A stretch of 64,000 nt of DNA from Alphaproteobacteria bacterium. GTDB taxonomy: Bacteria; Pseudomonadota; Alphaproteobacteria; Bin95. Shown piece by piece: positions 26,471 to 35,648 of the stretch. The stretch's first letter is position 1. Each line of letters begins with the position of its first letter. Below the pieces are notes generated by a model. The model was not told where the DNA came from, did no database searches, and saw nothing but the letters and a program-made list of their open reading frames with translations. The position numbers and the translations under genes are program-made. The stretch lies in the NCBI GenBank assembly GCA_963665325.3, contig CAXXWS020000002.1:1024001-1088000 (forward strand). Direction: 5' to 3'.

Positions 26471-29400
26471 ATGCTGTCGATCGGCGCGCTCTCATCGGCG
26501 GCCCAGGGCGCGTCCTATTACGAGCGGGACGGCTATTACGAGAAGGACGATCCCGAGCATCGCGACGCCAGCGCCTGGGCCGGCAAGGGAGCGGAAGAGC
26601 TCGGGCTGACGGGTCCGGTCGATCCCGCGACCTTCCGCGCGGTCCTCGAAGGCAAGGTGCCCGACGGATCGGGCACCGAGCTCGGCCGCCGCGGCAAGGA
26701 CGGAGAGATCCTCCACCGTCCGGGCCGCGATCTCACCTTCTCGGCGCCCAAGTCGGTCTCGCTCGCCGCGCTGGTCGGCGGCGACCGGCGCATCGTCGAG
26801 GCGCACGACCGCGCCGTGTCGGCGACGCTCGCCTGGGTCGAGAAGAACGCCGCCGAGACCCGCATGAAAGATCCCGATACCGGCCGCATGGCGCGGGTGG
26901 GCAACCAGAAGATCGTCACCGCCACCTTCCGCCATGACACCTCGCGCAACCTCGATCCCCAGCTTCATACCCACGCGGTGCTGGCCAACATGGTCCAGGG
27001 GGAGGACGGCAAGTGGCGCTCGATGGCCAACGAGAGCCTTTACGCGAACCAGAAGCTGATCGGGATGCTCTACCGCAACGAGCTTGCGGCGGGGCTCGGG
27101 AAGCTCGGCTACGGCATCGAGAAGACCCATGCCGACGGGCGCTTCGAGATCGCCGGCGTCTCCAGGGAAGCCATCGAGGCGTTCTCGAGCCGCCGCGCCG
27201 AGATCGAGGCGGCGATGGAAGCGCGCGGGCTCGGCGCTTCGGCGGACAATCCGCGCATCGCGGAGCGCGCCGCGCTGATGACGCGGGCGAAGAAGCGCGA
27301 CATCGACCGCGCCGAACTCGGGAGCGTGTGGCAGCGCCAGGCCGCCGATCTCGGCCTCGACGCGAAGGCGCTGGTTGCGGAGGCCGAGGGGAATTCCGCC
27401 GCGCCGGTGCGGGACGCCGGGATAGAGCCGACGGTTGGACCGGACGCAGGATCGGCCAGAGAGGCGCCTGCGGCGCTTCCCGGTATCGATGGCGCGCCGG
27501 CTCCGGATGCTCCCCGGATCGAACCGGTGTCCGGGGATTTGCGGTCAAGCGGCAACGGGATGCAGGCGCCCGGGCGCGACGCCGCGCCGGAACCTGCGCC
27601 GGCATCGCCCGCCGCGGAGGCCGTGGCCTGGGCGATGGCGCATCTCTCGGAACGGGAGGCGGTATTTGCGCGCACCGATCTGCTGGCGGCCGCGCTTGCC
27701 CATGCGCCCGGCGCCGTGGCGATCGGGGAGGTGGAGCGGGAAGTCGCGGCGCTGGAGAAGGCCGGAACGCTGCACGCCGTCGACCTGCCCGGCGCCGAGA
27801 CCTCCCTCGCGACCGACCGCACGGTGGGCGAGGAGCGCGAGACGGTGGCGCTCATGCGCGGCGGTCAGGCTCGCGGCCGGGCGCCGATGCGCGGCTGGCA
27901 GGTCCAGGGGCACCTCAACAAGGGGCCGCTCACGGCCGGGCAGAAGGACGCGGTGAAGCTGATTCTGTCGGCGAAGGACCGGGTGGTCGGCGTGCAGGGC
28001 TACGCCGGGACGGGCAAGACCACCATGCTGAACCGGGCCAGGACGCTCGCGGAGAAGAAGGGCTGGCGCATGGCGGGGCTCGCGCCCTCGGCCTCGGCGG
28101 CGCAAACCCTGGCCTCGGAGGCCGGCATTGCCACCGAAACCCTCCAGATGTTCCTCGCCCGCAATGCCGGGGTGGCCGAGGGCAGGCTCACGAAAAAGGG
28201 CGCGAGGGAGATGCGCGCCGCCTTCGCGAAGACGATCCTGGTGGTCGACGAGGGCTCGCTCGCCTCGACCGTGCAGGCGCGCGACCTGCTGCGCATAGCG
28301 GCCGAGCTGCGGATTCCCCGCGTTGTGCTGGTGGGCGATGCGAAGCAGCTCGACGCGGTGGACGCGGGGAAGCCTTTCGCCCAGCTCCAGGCCGCCGGCA
28401 TGCAGACCGCCACGATGGACGAGATCATGCGCCAGCGCGATCCCGTGCTGAAGGAGGCGGTCGAGGCGAGCCTGAAGGGCGACATCGGACGCGCGTTCGA
28501 GAAGCTCGGGTCCAACGTCGCGGAGGTCAAACCCGACAATATCGCCGGCGCCGTCGCCGCGCGCTGGCTCCGGCTCGACGCGGAAGCGCGTGAGAACACC
28601 GGCGTCATGGCGCCCTCGCACCAGCTGCGGCAGGCGATCAACGGCCATATCCGCGAGCGCCTCGCCCGCGAGGGCCGCATCCACGGGCCGAAGATGGAGA
28701 GCGAGAGGCTGGTGTCGATGGGCTACACCAACGCCGAGAAGGCGCTGGCCGCCAACTATGGCGTGGGCGACGTGGTGGCGTTCCACCGCCCCTACAAGCG
28801 GATCGGGGTCGAGAAGGGCGACGAACGGCGCGTGATGGGCGTCGACCACAAGGCCCGTGCGGTGCTGCTCGACGATCGCCACGGCGGCAAGGTCGCCTGG
28901 AAGCCGGAGGAGATCGGCGGACGCCGGGGCGGCAGCGAGGTCTATCGCGCGGAAGAAATCGAGCTCCGGGCCGGCGACCGCATCCGCTGGACCCGCAACG
29001 ACGCCGGGCTCGGGCTGGTCAACAGCCGCACGGCGGAGGTGCTGAAGGTCGCCAACGGCCGGGTGACGTTCCGCCTGGAGGACGGCAAGACGCTCGAACT
29101 CGGCAAGGGCGACCCGCAGCTGCGCCATCTCGACCACGCCTGGGCGTCGACCGTGCACGCCTTCCAGGGCCGCACGGTGGACAACGTCATCGCCGCGATG
29201 GAGGCCAGGCACCCGCATCTGACCACGCAGAAAAGCTTCTACGTCGAGATCAGCCGGGCGCGCGACCGCGCCGAGCTGGTGACCGACGACGCGGCCGAGC
29301 TCCGCGCCCAGCTCCAGGCCGCCACCGGCGAGCGCATCGCGGCGCTCGAAGGGATCGGCGAGATGAAGCGCGAGGCGCCGGACAAGGCTGGCGAGGCGGC

Positions 29401-29539
29401 ACGGGACCGGTCGATGCAGCCGGAACGTGGCATTGGCGAAGATGCCGGAAAGGCGCGCGAGGGCATGAAGACCCCCGCGAAAGCGCCGGAACCGCCGGTC
29501 CGCGACCGCGGCAAGGGAGGCGTGGACCTTGGATTGTGA
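26471..29539 (+). CDS. traI: MOBF relaxase-helicase (TrwC/TraI)
   Basis: YYERDGYY tyrosines, DLTFSAPKSVS, HDTSRNLDPQLHTH HUH motif, helicase GYAGTGKT, VVDEGS, YVEISRAR. Confidence 0.97.
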   Translation: MLSIGALSSAAQGASYYERDGYYEKDDPEHRDASAWAGKGAEELGLTGPVDPATFRAVLEGKVPDGSGTELGRRGKDGEILHRPGRDLTFSAPKSVSLAALVGGDRRIVEAHDRAVSATLAWVEKNAAETRMKDPDTGRMARVGNQKIVTATFRHDTSRNLDPQLHTHAVLANMVQGEDGKWRSMANESLYANQKLIGMLYRNELAAGLGKLGYGIEKTHADGRFEIAGVSREAIEAFSSRRAEIEAAMEARGLGASADNPRIAERAALMTRAKKRDIDRAELGSVWQRQAADLGLDAKALVAEAEGNSAAPVRDAGIEPTVGPDAGSAREAPAALPGIDGAPAPDAPRIEPVSGDLRSSGNGMQAPGRDAAPEPAPASPAAEAVAWAMAHLSEREAVFARTDLLAAALAHAPGAVAIGEVEREVAALEKAGTLHAVDLPGAETSLATDRTVGEERETVALMRGGQARGRAPMRGWQVQGHLNKGPLTAGQKDAVKLILSAKDRVVGVQGYAGTGKTTMLNRARTLAEKKGWRMAGLAPSASAAQTLASEAGIATETLQMFLARNAGVAEGRLTKKGAREMRAAFAKTILVVDEGSLASTVQARDLLRIAAELRIPRVVLVGDAKQLDAVDAGKPFAQLQAAGMQTATMDEIMRQRDPVLKEAVEASLKGDIGRAFEKLGSNVAEVKPDNIAGAVAARWLRLDAEARENTGVMAPSHQLRQAINGHIRERLAREGRIHGPKMESERLVSMGYTNAEKALAANYGVGDVVAFHRPYKRIGVEKGDERRVMGVDHKARAVLLDDRHGGKVAWKPEEIGGRRGGSEVYRAEEIELRAGDRIRWTRNDAGLGLVNSRTAEVLKVANGRVTFRLEDGKTLELGKGDPQLRHLDHAWASTVHAFQGRTVDNVIAAMEARHPHLTTQKSFYVEISRARDRAELVTDDAAELRAQLQAATGERIAALEGIGEMKREAPDKAGEAARDRSMQPERGIGEDAGKAREGMKTPAKAPEPPVRDRGKGGVDLGL

Positions 29540-30041
29540 GGGCAAAGGCACGCCGGAGCGGGCCGGGCGGCCGCGTCTCGCCGTGCTCATCGACGGCGAG
29601 AACGCCGGCGCGTGCCATGCAGGGGCGGTGTTCAGGGCCGCCGAAGCACTCGGCGAGGCCACGGTGCGGCGCATCTACGGCGACTTCTCGAACCGCCGGC
29701 TGGTCTCGTGGAGCGCTGCAATCCGCTCATACTCGATCGTGCCGTGCTATCAGCCGGCTTATGCGCGGGGCAAGAACGCTGCCGATATCGCGCTCGCGAT
29801 GGACGCGATGGACCTGATGCACCGCGAGGGGTTGGATGGAGTCTGCCTGATGTCGAGCGACAGGGACTTCACCCGGCTCGCCCGGCGGCTCCGCGAGGGC
29901 GGGCTTGCGGTCTACGGCTTCGGCGAAAGCAAGACGCCGCAGGCGTTCCGGGCGACCTGCCATCGCTTCGAGGCCGTGGGAAAGGTCCGGGAACGGGCAC
30001 GCGAGCCGGGGCAGCGGTTCTTCCGGGAGCCGGATCGATGA
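29529..30041 (+). CDS. NYN-domain (LabA/DUF88, PIN-fold) putative nuclease
   Basis: LAVLIDGEN, RRIYGDF, GKNAADIALAMDAMDL, SSDRDF, YGFGESKTP. Confidence 0.9.
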   Translation: MDCEGKGTPERAGRPRLAVLIDGENAGACHAGAVFRAAEALGEATVRRIYGDFSNRRLVSWSAAIRSYSIVPCYQPAYARGKNAADIALAMDAMDLMHREGLDGVCLMSSDRDFTRLARRLREGGLAVYGFGESKTPQAFRATCHRFEAVGKVRERAREPGQRFFREPDR

Positions 30042-30421
30042 GCGAAGACGACCGGAACGCGGCCGCCGGCGGCGGGAACGAGCCCGGAAAGGCGGACGAC
30101 AACCGCAAGACCCGGAGCATCCGCTTCTCCGAATCCGAGTGGGATGAGGTCAGGAACGCCGCGCTGGCGCACGATCTGCCGGCCGCGGAGTTCGTCCGGG
30201 AGCGGATTCTGGCGCTCGTCCGCGCCCCGGAGAGCACGGATCGGGCAACGGTTCCGGCCTCGATGGCGCCGCTGATCGAGCGGATGTTCCGCTACACCTG
30301 GTTCCTGGCGACCGAGAAACGCGACGCGATGCTGCGCGAGGGGCGCGAAGCGGAGCTCGAAAAGCTGGTCGCCGAGGCCCGCGCGTTCCAGGAATCGCTC
30401 GGCGGTGACGCCCCGGACTGA
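30038..30421 (+). CDS. Ribbon-helix-helix protein, likely relaxosome accessory factor
   Basis: KTRSIRFSESEWDEVRNAA...AEFVRERIL (MobC-like RHH); adjacent to oriT. Confidence 0.7.
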   Translation: MSEDDRNAAAGGGNEPGKADDNRKTRSIRFSESEWDEVRNAALAHDLPAAEFVRERILALVRAPESTDRATVPASMAPLIERMFRYTWFLATEKRDAMLREGREAELEKLVAEARAFQESLGGDAPD

Positions 30422-30462
30422 GCGCAATCCCCTTCCCGAGGAGGCGGATTCGAGCCTCACGG

Positions 30463-30611
30463 GCGAAACTCATACGCAACTCGCGCGAGTTTCACGCGGA
30501 ACTCGCCGAACACAATCCGAAACCCGATGAGTTGCGCACGAGTTGCGCGGGGGCGCACGCGGGGCCATGCGGGGCCAAGGCGGTGACGATCCGCGAGTTG
30601 CGCGCGAAACT
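30463..30611. repeat. Clustered direct/inverted GAGTT(G/T)CGC-type repeats upstream of nic
   Basis: GCGAAACTC, GCAACTC, GAGTTTCAC, GGAACTC, GAGTTGCGC x3, GCGAAACTC. Confidence 0.7.
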
Positions 30612-30692
30612 CGCTCGCTCCAACAACCGCATGGCCCCCGTTGGCACCGAAAGGCCCCGCAAGGGCACGGCATGGACCCCCATGGCACGCCT

Positions 30693-30716
30693 GCATCAAC
30701 GATGCGTGGGGTGTGA
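30693..30716 (+). other. oriT nic site (MOBF, F-like); predicted nick between 30714 and 30715
   Basis: GCATC-AAC-GATGC inverted repeat running into TGCGTGGGGTGT^G, identical to the F oriT core. Confidence 0.85.
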
Positions 30717-31164
30717 AGCCGAAGCCGCCCCGGGCGGTCGGGACGGCGAAATCGGCAGCATCGATGTTCGGGAAATCGTCGCCGGGGAACCCGGCGGAGG
30801 GGAGCCACCACGGCGCTTGAGTGGCGGCTGGCGCGGACACCGCGAAGGGGCGCGGTGTCGAGCGAAGTGACGGCGGGCGCGGCGCGAGCGCCGTCACGAG
30901 CACCGGCGGAAGTGCCGGGCGCTCCGCGGGCGGCGGTGCGCGCCGATCGCGACAGCGGGCGCGCGCAAGTGCATCGGCTGGCGATCGGGCCGACGATCGG
31001 CACGGCCGACGGCGGCGAGGGCAGCGGTGCGAAGCACCCTGCCGGGGATGCCGATCATGACGATTGCCATGATGATCGTCGCGACGGTCGCAACGACCGT
31101 CGGCGATGGCGAGCGGCGCGAAGCGCGCGAGGATGACGGTGCTGCCGCAACGCCGTCGGTCGGG

Positions 31165-31217
31165 AAACGAAACGGGCCGCGCCGCCGTCCCGATGCCGGG
31201 ATGACGACGCGGCCCGT
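31165..31217 (-). terminator. Putative intrinsic terminator after the DUF2493 gene
   Basis: ACGGGCCGCG...CGCGGCCCGT stem followed by TTTCGTTT on the minus strand. Confidence 0.5.
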
Positions 31218-31230
31218 CGACGCGCTGCGG

Positions 31231-32157
31231 TCAGACGCGGCAGACCGGGATGCCGAGCGAGCGCGCCTTGTCGACGAGGTTCTCGGTGATGCCCGAACCG
31301 GGGAAGGCGATGACGCCCTTCGGCAGGAGTTGCAGCAGCTCGTCGTTGCGGCGGAACGGGGCGGCGCGTCCGTGACGGTCCCAGTCCGGCTTGCAGACGA
31401 CCTGGTGGACGCCGTTGCGCTCGGCCCAGCTTGCCGCGATCTTCTCGACGCCGGGGCCGCCGCCATGGACCAGCACCATGTCGCCATGCTTGGCGCGGGT
31501 CCTGTCGAGCATGCGGATGACCGCGCCCGGGTCGGCGACGTCCCTGCCGCCGGCGATGGCGACGAGGGTTCCCTGCGGCAGATGCGCCATGGTCTTGCGG
31601 TCCTTCCTCGCGCGCTGGTAGTCGCGGGCGTCGATGGCCGCGCTGGTCAGCCTGCCGGTCTCGGAGACGTGGCTGCCGCGCCGGGGACGCCAGACGCTGC
31701 CCGTCGCGTTGCGGTAGGCGTCGGCGGCGGTGTCGCGCAGGGTCTCGAAGGCGTCGCGCCGGTCGGTCAGGCACTGCGCCCGGTGGGTGGTCATCTCCAG
31801 CTCCAGCGACTTGATCTCGGTGCCGTCCTGGGCCTTCTGGAGGTCGCGGAGGTCGGGCATCAGCTTGTCGGCGGCGCGGTCGAGGCGGCGGGTCTGTGCG
31901 TCGAGCATGTTGACGAAGCCCCAGAGCAGGCTCTCGCGTTCGTCGGCGATCTGGAACCCGTCGGGTGCGACGCCCTCGGCCAGGATGCGGAAGGCTTCGC
32001 TCACCGCGTCGGTCGCGTCGTCGGCGTCCCAGACCTCGCGGCTGTCGAACTCGTCGCGCTCGGGGGTAGCGCCGAAGAGCTGGGCCTGTTCGCAGACGGT
32101 GGCGGTGACGGACCGGTCCTGCGCTTCGATGGTGTCGATGTTCTCGATGAGTGTCAT
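31231..32157 (-). CDS. DUF2493 (YspA/SLOG-family) domain protein
   Basis: LLWGFVN, DGTEIKSLELE, WRPRRGS; C-terminal VAIAGGRD, LVHGGG, AAPFRRN, AFPGSG; AAGGAG RBS. Confidence 0.85.
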   Translation of the reverse strand: MTLIENIDTIEAQDRSVTATVCEQAQLFGATPERDEFDSREVWDADDATDAVSEAFRILAEGVAPDGFQIADERESLLWGFVNMLDAQTRRLDRAADKLMPDLRDLQKAQDGTEIKSLELEMTTHRAQCLTDRRDAFETLRDTAADAYRNATGSVWRPRRGSHVSETGRLTSAAIDARDYQRARKDRKTMAHLPQGTLVAIAGGRDVADPGAVIRMLDRTRAKHGDMVLVHGGGPGVEKIAASWAERNGVHQVVCKPDWDRHGRAAPFRRNDELLQLLPKGVIAFPGSGITENLVDKARSLGIPVCRV

Positions 32158-32182
32158 GACGATCTCCTTGCGATCGGTTGCA

Positions 32183-32494
32183 CGTACCGGGGCCGATCCC
32201 CGTCGTGATGTCCTGTTGGGAACCGCGCGCGCAGCGGAAGCACCTGGGCTTAGAAGCGCTTGGGGCGGAGTGGTGCGGAAAGTCGGCGAGTGGTGCGGAA
32301 GATCGCGCCAGCGATCTTCACGGTCGTCGGCTTTCACGGTCCGCCCCTAGAGCTTCTTGCCCAGGCCGGAGGGAGCTTGCGACCGGAGGACCCGCAGGGT
32401 TGCTGTAGCGAGCACGTGGATCACAATGGGACTTCACGACGAGGCGAATATCTCTCCACCTGCACGGACCTCATCGGCGGTTCGGCCCGGCACG
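32183..32494 (+). promoter_or_regulatory. Frpo-like single-stranded DNA promoter (large fold-back)
   Basis: Nested imperfect inverted repeats with G.T wobbles on the + strand; TTGCTG-N16-CACAAT at 32400-32427 in the right arm. Confidence 0.7.
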
Positions 32495-32521
32495 GCGTTC
32501 GAATGGAAGCACGGCGGCGCG

Positions 32522-32863
32522 TCATGCATCTGACCGCTCGGCCAGCGTCTGTGCCGCCCAGGCGGCCGCCCGTTCGAGCACCTCGCCGTGGCAGGGATGG
32601 CCGTCGCCCGCGCACCAGCACGCCAGCCAGCAGCCGTCGAGCTCGGCAAGCTCTTCGAGCGTGACCTCGCCGGCGCGGATCTGCCGCCAGAGATGGACGC
32701 GGTAGCAGGCGACCGCCTCGGCATGCGAGACCCCGTCCGTCACGCGATACGGATTGCCCCACTTCGTGCGGCGGTCGATCAGCACGGTGTTGTTCACCAC
32801 CTGGGCATATTCGAACGCCTCGCGCAGCTTCGGCTCGTGCCGGAGATTGATGACGGCGCTCAT
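32522..32863 (-). CDS. DUF4326 domain protein
   Basis: IDRRTKWGNPY...LAELDGCWLACWC...CHGEVL; AGGAGG RBS. Confidence 0.85.
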   Translation of the reverse strand: MSAVINLRHEPKLREAFEYAQVVNNTVLIDRRTKWGNPYRVTDGVSHAEAVACYRVHLWRQIRAGEVTLEELAELDGCWLACWCAGDGHPCHGEVLERAAAWAAQTLAERSDA

Positions 32864-32962
32864 GACTCCCTCCTGCTCTTCATTGCGATCGCCCGCCCGC
32901 CGCTCTCCTCTCGCTCTCCGGACGCCCGGCCGGCGACGGCGCTGCTCCGGATCCGCTGCATG

Positions 32963-32991
32963 AAAAAGGGCGGCCGCCGAAGCAGCCGCCC
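32963..32991 (-). terminator. Intrinsic terminator after ssb
   Basis: Minus strand GGGCGGCTGC-TTCG-GCGGCCGCCC-TTTTT. Confidence 0.8.
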
Positions 32992-33022
32992 GAGTTGGAA
33001 GGGAGGAGGAGAAACAGGCTCG

Positions 33023-33487
33023 TCAGAACGGAATTTCCATGCCGGATTCGCCGCCCTGCGCCGGGGCGTCGCCGGCCGGCATCGTCTCGCCGTTCGCCGG
33101 CTCCTGCGCGGCCCGGGCGCCGCTCCCGTTGGCCCCGGTCGGGCGATCGAGGAACTGTACCCTGTGACCGGGCACCACCAGGATCTCGGTCGAGAAGCGG
33201 TCGGAGTCCTCGCCGTCCTTCTTCCAGCGGCGGGTCTGCAACTTGCCCTCGGCGTGGACCAGGCGGCCCTTCTTCGCATGGCGCACCAGCATGTCGATCA
33301 GCCCGTCCTGGAAGGTCACGACTCGGTGCCACTCGGTCCTGTCGACCTTCTCGCCGTCGCGGTTGAAATAGGACTCGTCGGTGGCGATGCTGAGATTGGC
33401 CACGCGCCCCCCGCTCATCAGCTGGTTGACGGTGACGTCGGCGCCGAGGCGGCCGATCAGTTCGACGCGGTTCATTCCGAAGCTCAT
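33023..33487 (-). CDS. ssb: Single-stranded DNA-binding protein (leading region)
   Basis: MNRVELIGRLGAD, TEWHRVV, EGKLQTRRW, C-terminal EIPF. Confidence 0.93.
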   Translation of the reverse strand: MSFGMNRVELIGRLGADVTVNQLMSGGRVANLSIATDESYFNRDGEKVDRTEWHRVVTFQDGLIDMLVRHAKKGRLVHAEGKLQTRRWKKDGEDSDRFSTEILVVPGHRVQFLDRPTGANGSGARAAQEPANGETMPAGDAPAQGGESGMEIPF

Positions 33488-33587
33488 CGCGATGCTCCTT
33501 CAGTTCTCGATGTTGACGATGGTCGAGCGGCAGGACCGGAGAACGCTCTCTCCAGCCCCTTCCCGCTCATCTTCTCCAGGCCCTCCT

Positions 33588-33743
33588 TTAACTCCGGTCC
33601 GCCGGGGCCTCGCGGTCGGGACAGCGCCGGGCAAGGTCTTCGCTCAGCGCGTCCCTGACCGAGCGGGCATCGAGGCCTATTTCGGCGAGGACGGCGTCGG
33701 CGGCGGGGCCGACAGGGTCGTAATCGGTGTCGAAGGCGAACAT
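33588..33743 (-). CDS. Small hypothetical protein (51 aa)
   Basis: MFAFDTDYDPVGPAADAVLAEIGLD... with GGAGA RBS. Confidence 0.45.
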   Translation of the reverse strand: MFAFDTDYDPVGPAADAVLAEIGLDARSVRDALSEDLARRCPDREAPADRS

Positions 33744-33913
33744 GGTGCGATCTCCCGTGCCGCGCCCGGCCGCGACGGAAACCCTCCCTCGCTCCCAACC
33801 GGGCGCTCGCCCGGCGAAAGCCCCTCTCGACCTCCCGGCCGGCCCCCCGGCGGACCGGCGGCCCCTGCTCCGACCGCAACGGGCGGGAAGTGCTGCCGCG
33901 ATACCGGGCGGCT

Positions 33914-34180
33914 TCAGTGCAGGGTGCTGCCGTTCATGCCGCCGGCACCCGCCCGCAAGCAGCGCGCGGCGAATGCGGTCCAGGCGTTTCGGTCGAGGCC
34001 GAGCGCCCGGTTGAGGGAATCGCATACGGCCAGGCCGTCGGTCCGGTTCAGGGCGACCAGCGCGGTGGGGATGGCGAAGGCAAAGCCGTCGACCAAAATG
34101 CGGATCTGCGGGGGCTCGCCGTCGTCGTCGGTGGCGGGGTAGAAGCAATAGGCGGGGTTGTCGGGCAGACGGGCGGTCAT
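33914..34180 (-). CDS. Hypothetical protein (88 aa)
   Basis: MTARLPDNPAYCFYPATD...; AAGGAG RBS, globular-looking composition. Confidence 0.65.
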   Translation of the reverse strand: MTARLPDNPAYCFYPATDDDGEPPQIRILVDGFAFAIPTALVALNRTDGLAVCDSLNRALGLDRNAWTAFAARCLRAGAGGMNGSTLH

Positions 34181-34300
34181 GATGGAAACTCCTTCGGTGG
34201 GGTCCGGGCCGGCGGGCGCACGGCCGGCCACACGCATGTCGGACGGGGGGGCGGCGGGCCGGCGGCGCAGCAGGGGATGGGTCCGCTGCGCCGCGCGGGA

Positions 34301-35563
34301 TCACCAGGGCGGAGCGGTCATCGTCGCCATCGGGCTGATGTCGGCGACCACCTCCACCTCGTCGCGCGAGAGCCTGGCGAAGGCGAGGCAGAGCGCGACG
34401 TCGGCCTCGCTGTCATAGGGGCCGTGCTCCCGGCCGGTGGCGATTTCGATCACCGTCCAGCTCGGGTCCCAGATCGGGATGCCGCGGAATGCCCCCGAGC
34501 CCTCGCGGTGCTTGCGGGAACAGGGCTCGCAGCGCGCCACCCCCGGCGAGGGCGTGTTGCATTCGACGCAGCGGCCCCTGGCCCGCCGCTCGGCGTAGCG
34601 CCGGCGGCGGGCAGCGTATTCCGCCTCGCGGTCGCGCCGCTCCTCCTTGGCCACGGCGCAGGGCGCGCAGTAGGCCGCGCCGCCGTAGGTGGGGGTTTGG
34701 CACTTGACGCAGACCCCGGCGGCTCTCCGGGCATCGTAGCGGGCGCGCGCGGCGTCGCGGCAGGCCTGGCACTCGGCGGCCCCGCCGGCCGGCCTGCCGC
34801 AGGTCGTGCAGTCGCCCCTGGCTCTCCGTTCGGCATAGCGCCGGCGGTCGGTTTCCCGCTTGGTCTTCAGGTTCCGCCGCCCTTCCTTGGCCACGGCGCA
34901 GGGTTCGCAATAGGCCTTGCCGTCCGCCGCGGGCGCCGTGCAATTCACGCACAGGCCGGCGGCGCGGCGCTCGCGATGGCGGGCCCGGGCGGCGTCGCGG
35001 CGGTCGTCCCGGCACGGCTCGCACATCGATCGTCCCTCTTCGGGCGGGACGGCGCCGCAGCGGATGCAAAGACCGGCCGCGAGGCGGGCTTCGCTGCGCC
35101 GGCGGCTGCCCTTCCGGCCGGCCCGGCGCCGGGCTACCGGGTCGCGTCCGCCATACGGTATCCCCTCGGCCTTGGCCCTGGCGTGACGAGCGCGGTCACG
35201 GGCGCGGTGCTTCTCCGCGCAGGGCTCGCAGGTCGTGCGATCGGGCCGCGCCGGAGCCCGGCCGCATTTCGTGCAGATGCCGGCGGCCTTGCGCTCGGCG
35301 TGCTGGCGGCGACCACGCTCACGCTCGTAGCGCTTCGCCTGTTCCGGGTCGCGTACGGGCTTGCCCTCGGCCCGGAGCCGGGCGGACCGCGCGCGGTCGG
35401 CGGCGCGGCACCTCTCCGCACAGGGCTCGCAGAGCGTGCGCTCGGGCGCGGGCTCGGTCTTGCCGCATCGCACGCAGAGCCCCGCTGCGCGACGCTCAGC
35501 GGTTCGCCGGTGATAGCGCGCAAGGTCGTTCCTGCGCCGGGCCTCGATATCGCGGTAAGCCAC
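34301..35563 (-). CDS. Arg-rich protein with seven tandem CxxC-x(9-11)-CxxC zinc-finger-like repeats
   Basis: Repeat RRAAGLCxxCG...CEPC x7; GGAAGGAGG RBS before GTG. Confidence 0.85.
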   Translation of the reverse strand: MAYRDIEARRRNDLARYHRRTAERRAAGLCVRCGKTEPAPERTLCEPCAERCRAADRARSARLRAEGKPVRDPEQAKRYERERGRRQHAERKAAGICTKCGRAPARPDRTTCEPCAEKHRARDRARHARAKAEGIPYGGRDPVARRRAGRKGSRRRSEARLAAGLCIRCGAVPPEEGRSMCEPCRDDRRDAARARHRERRAAGLCVNCTAPAADGKAYCEPCAVAKEGRRNLKTKRETDRRRYAERRARGDCTTCGRPAGGAAECQACRDAARARYDARRAAGVCVKCQTPTYGGAAYCAPCAVAKEERRDREAEYAARRRRYAERRARGRCVECNTPSPGVARCEPCSRKHREGSGAFRGIPIWDPSWTVIEIATGREHGPYDSEADVALCLAFARLSRDEVEVVADISPMATMTAPPW

Positions 35564-35648
35564 AACGGCCTCCTTCCTGCCAATCCGGGAGTGGACGGAA
35601 GGACGCCCCGCCGCCAGCAGGCCGGCAGGACGTCCGGGAAGGAGGCCG

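Noticed and set aside
10346-29674. Many long antisense and alternate-frame ORFs (e.g. 10346-13018, 21774-24569, 27545-29674)
   Set aside because: Shadow ORFs expected at very high GC; they overlap well-supported genes and have no motifs
30463-30611. Repeats as plasmid replication iterons
   Set aside because: Mixed orientation, irregular spacing, no Rep gene; adjacent to the RHH gene and nic
34301-35563. Multiheme cytochrome or a spurious Arg-rich shadow ORF
   Set aside because: No CxxCH motifs or signal peptide; strict Cys periodicity and a strong RBS support a real gene
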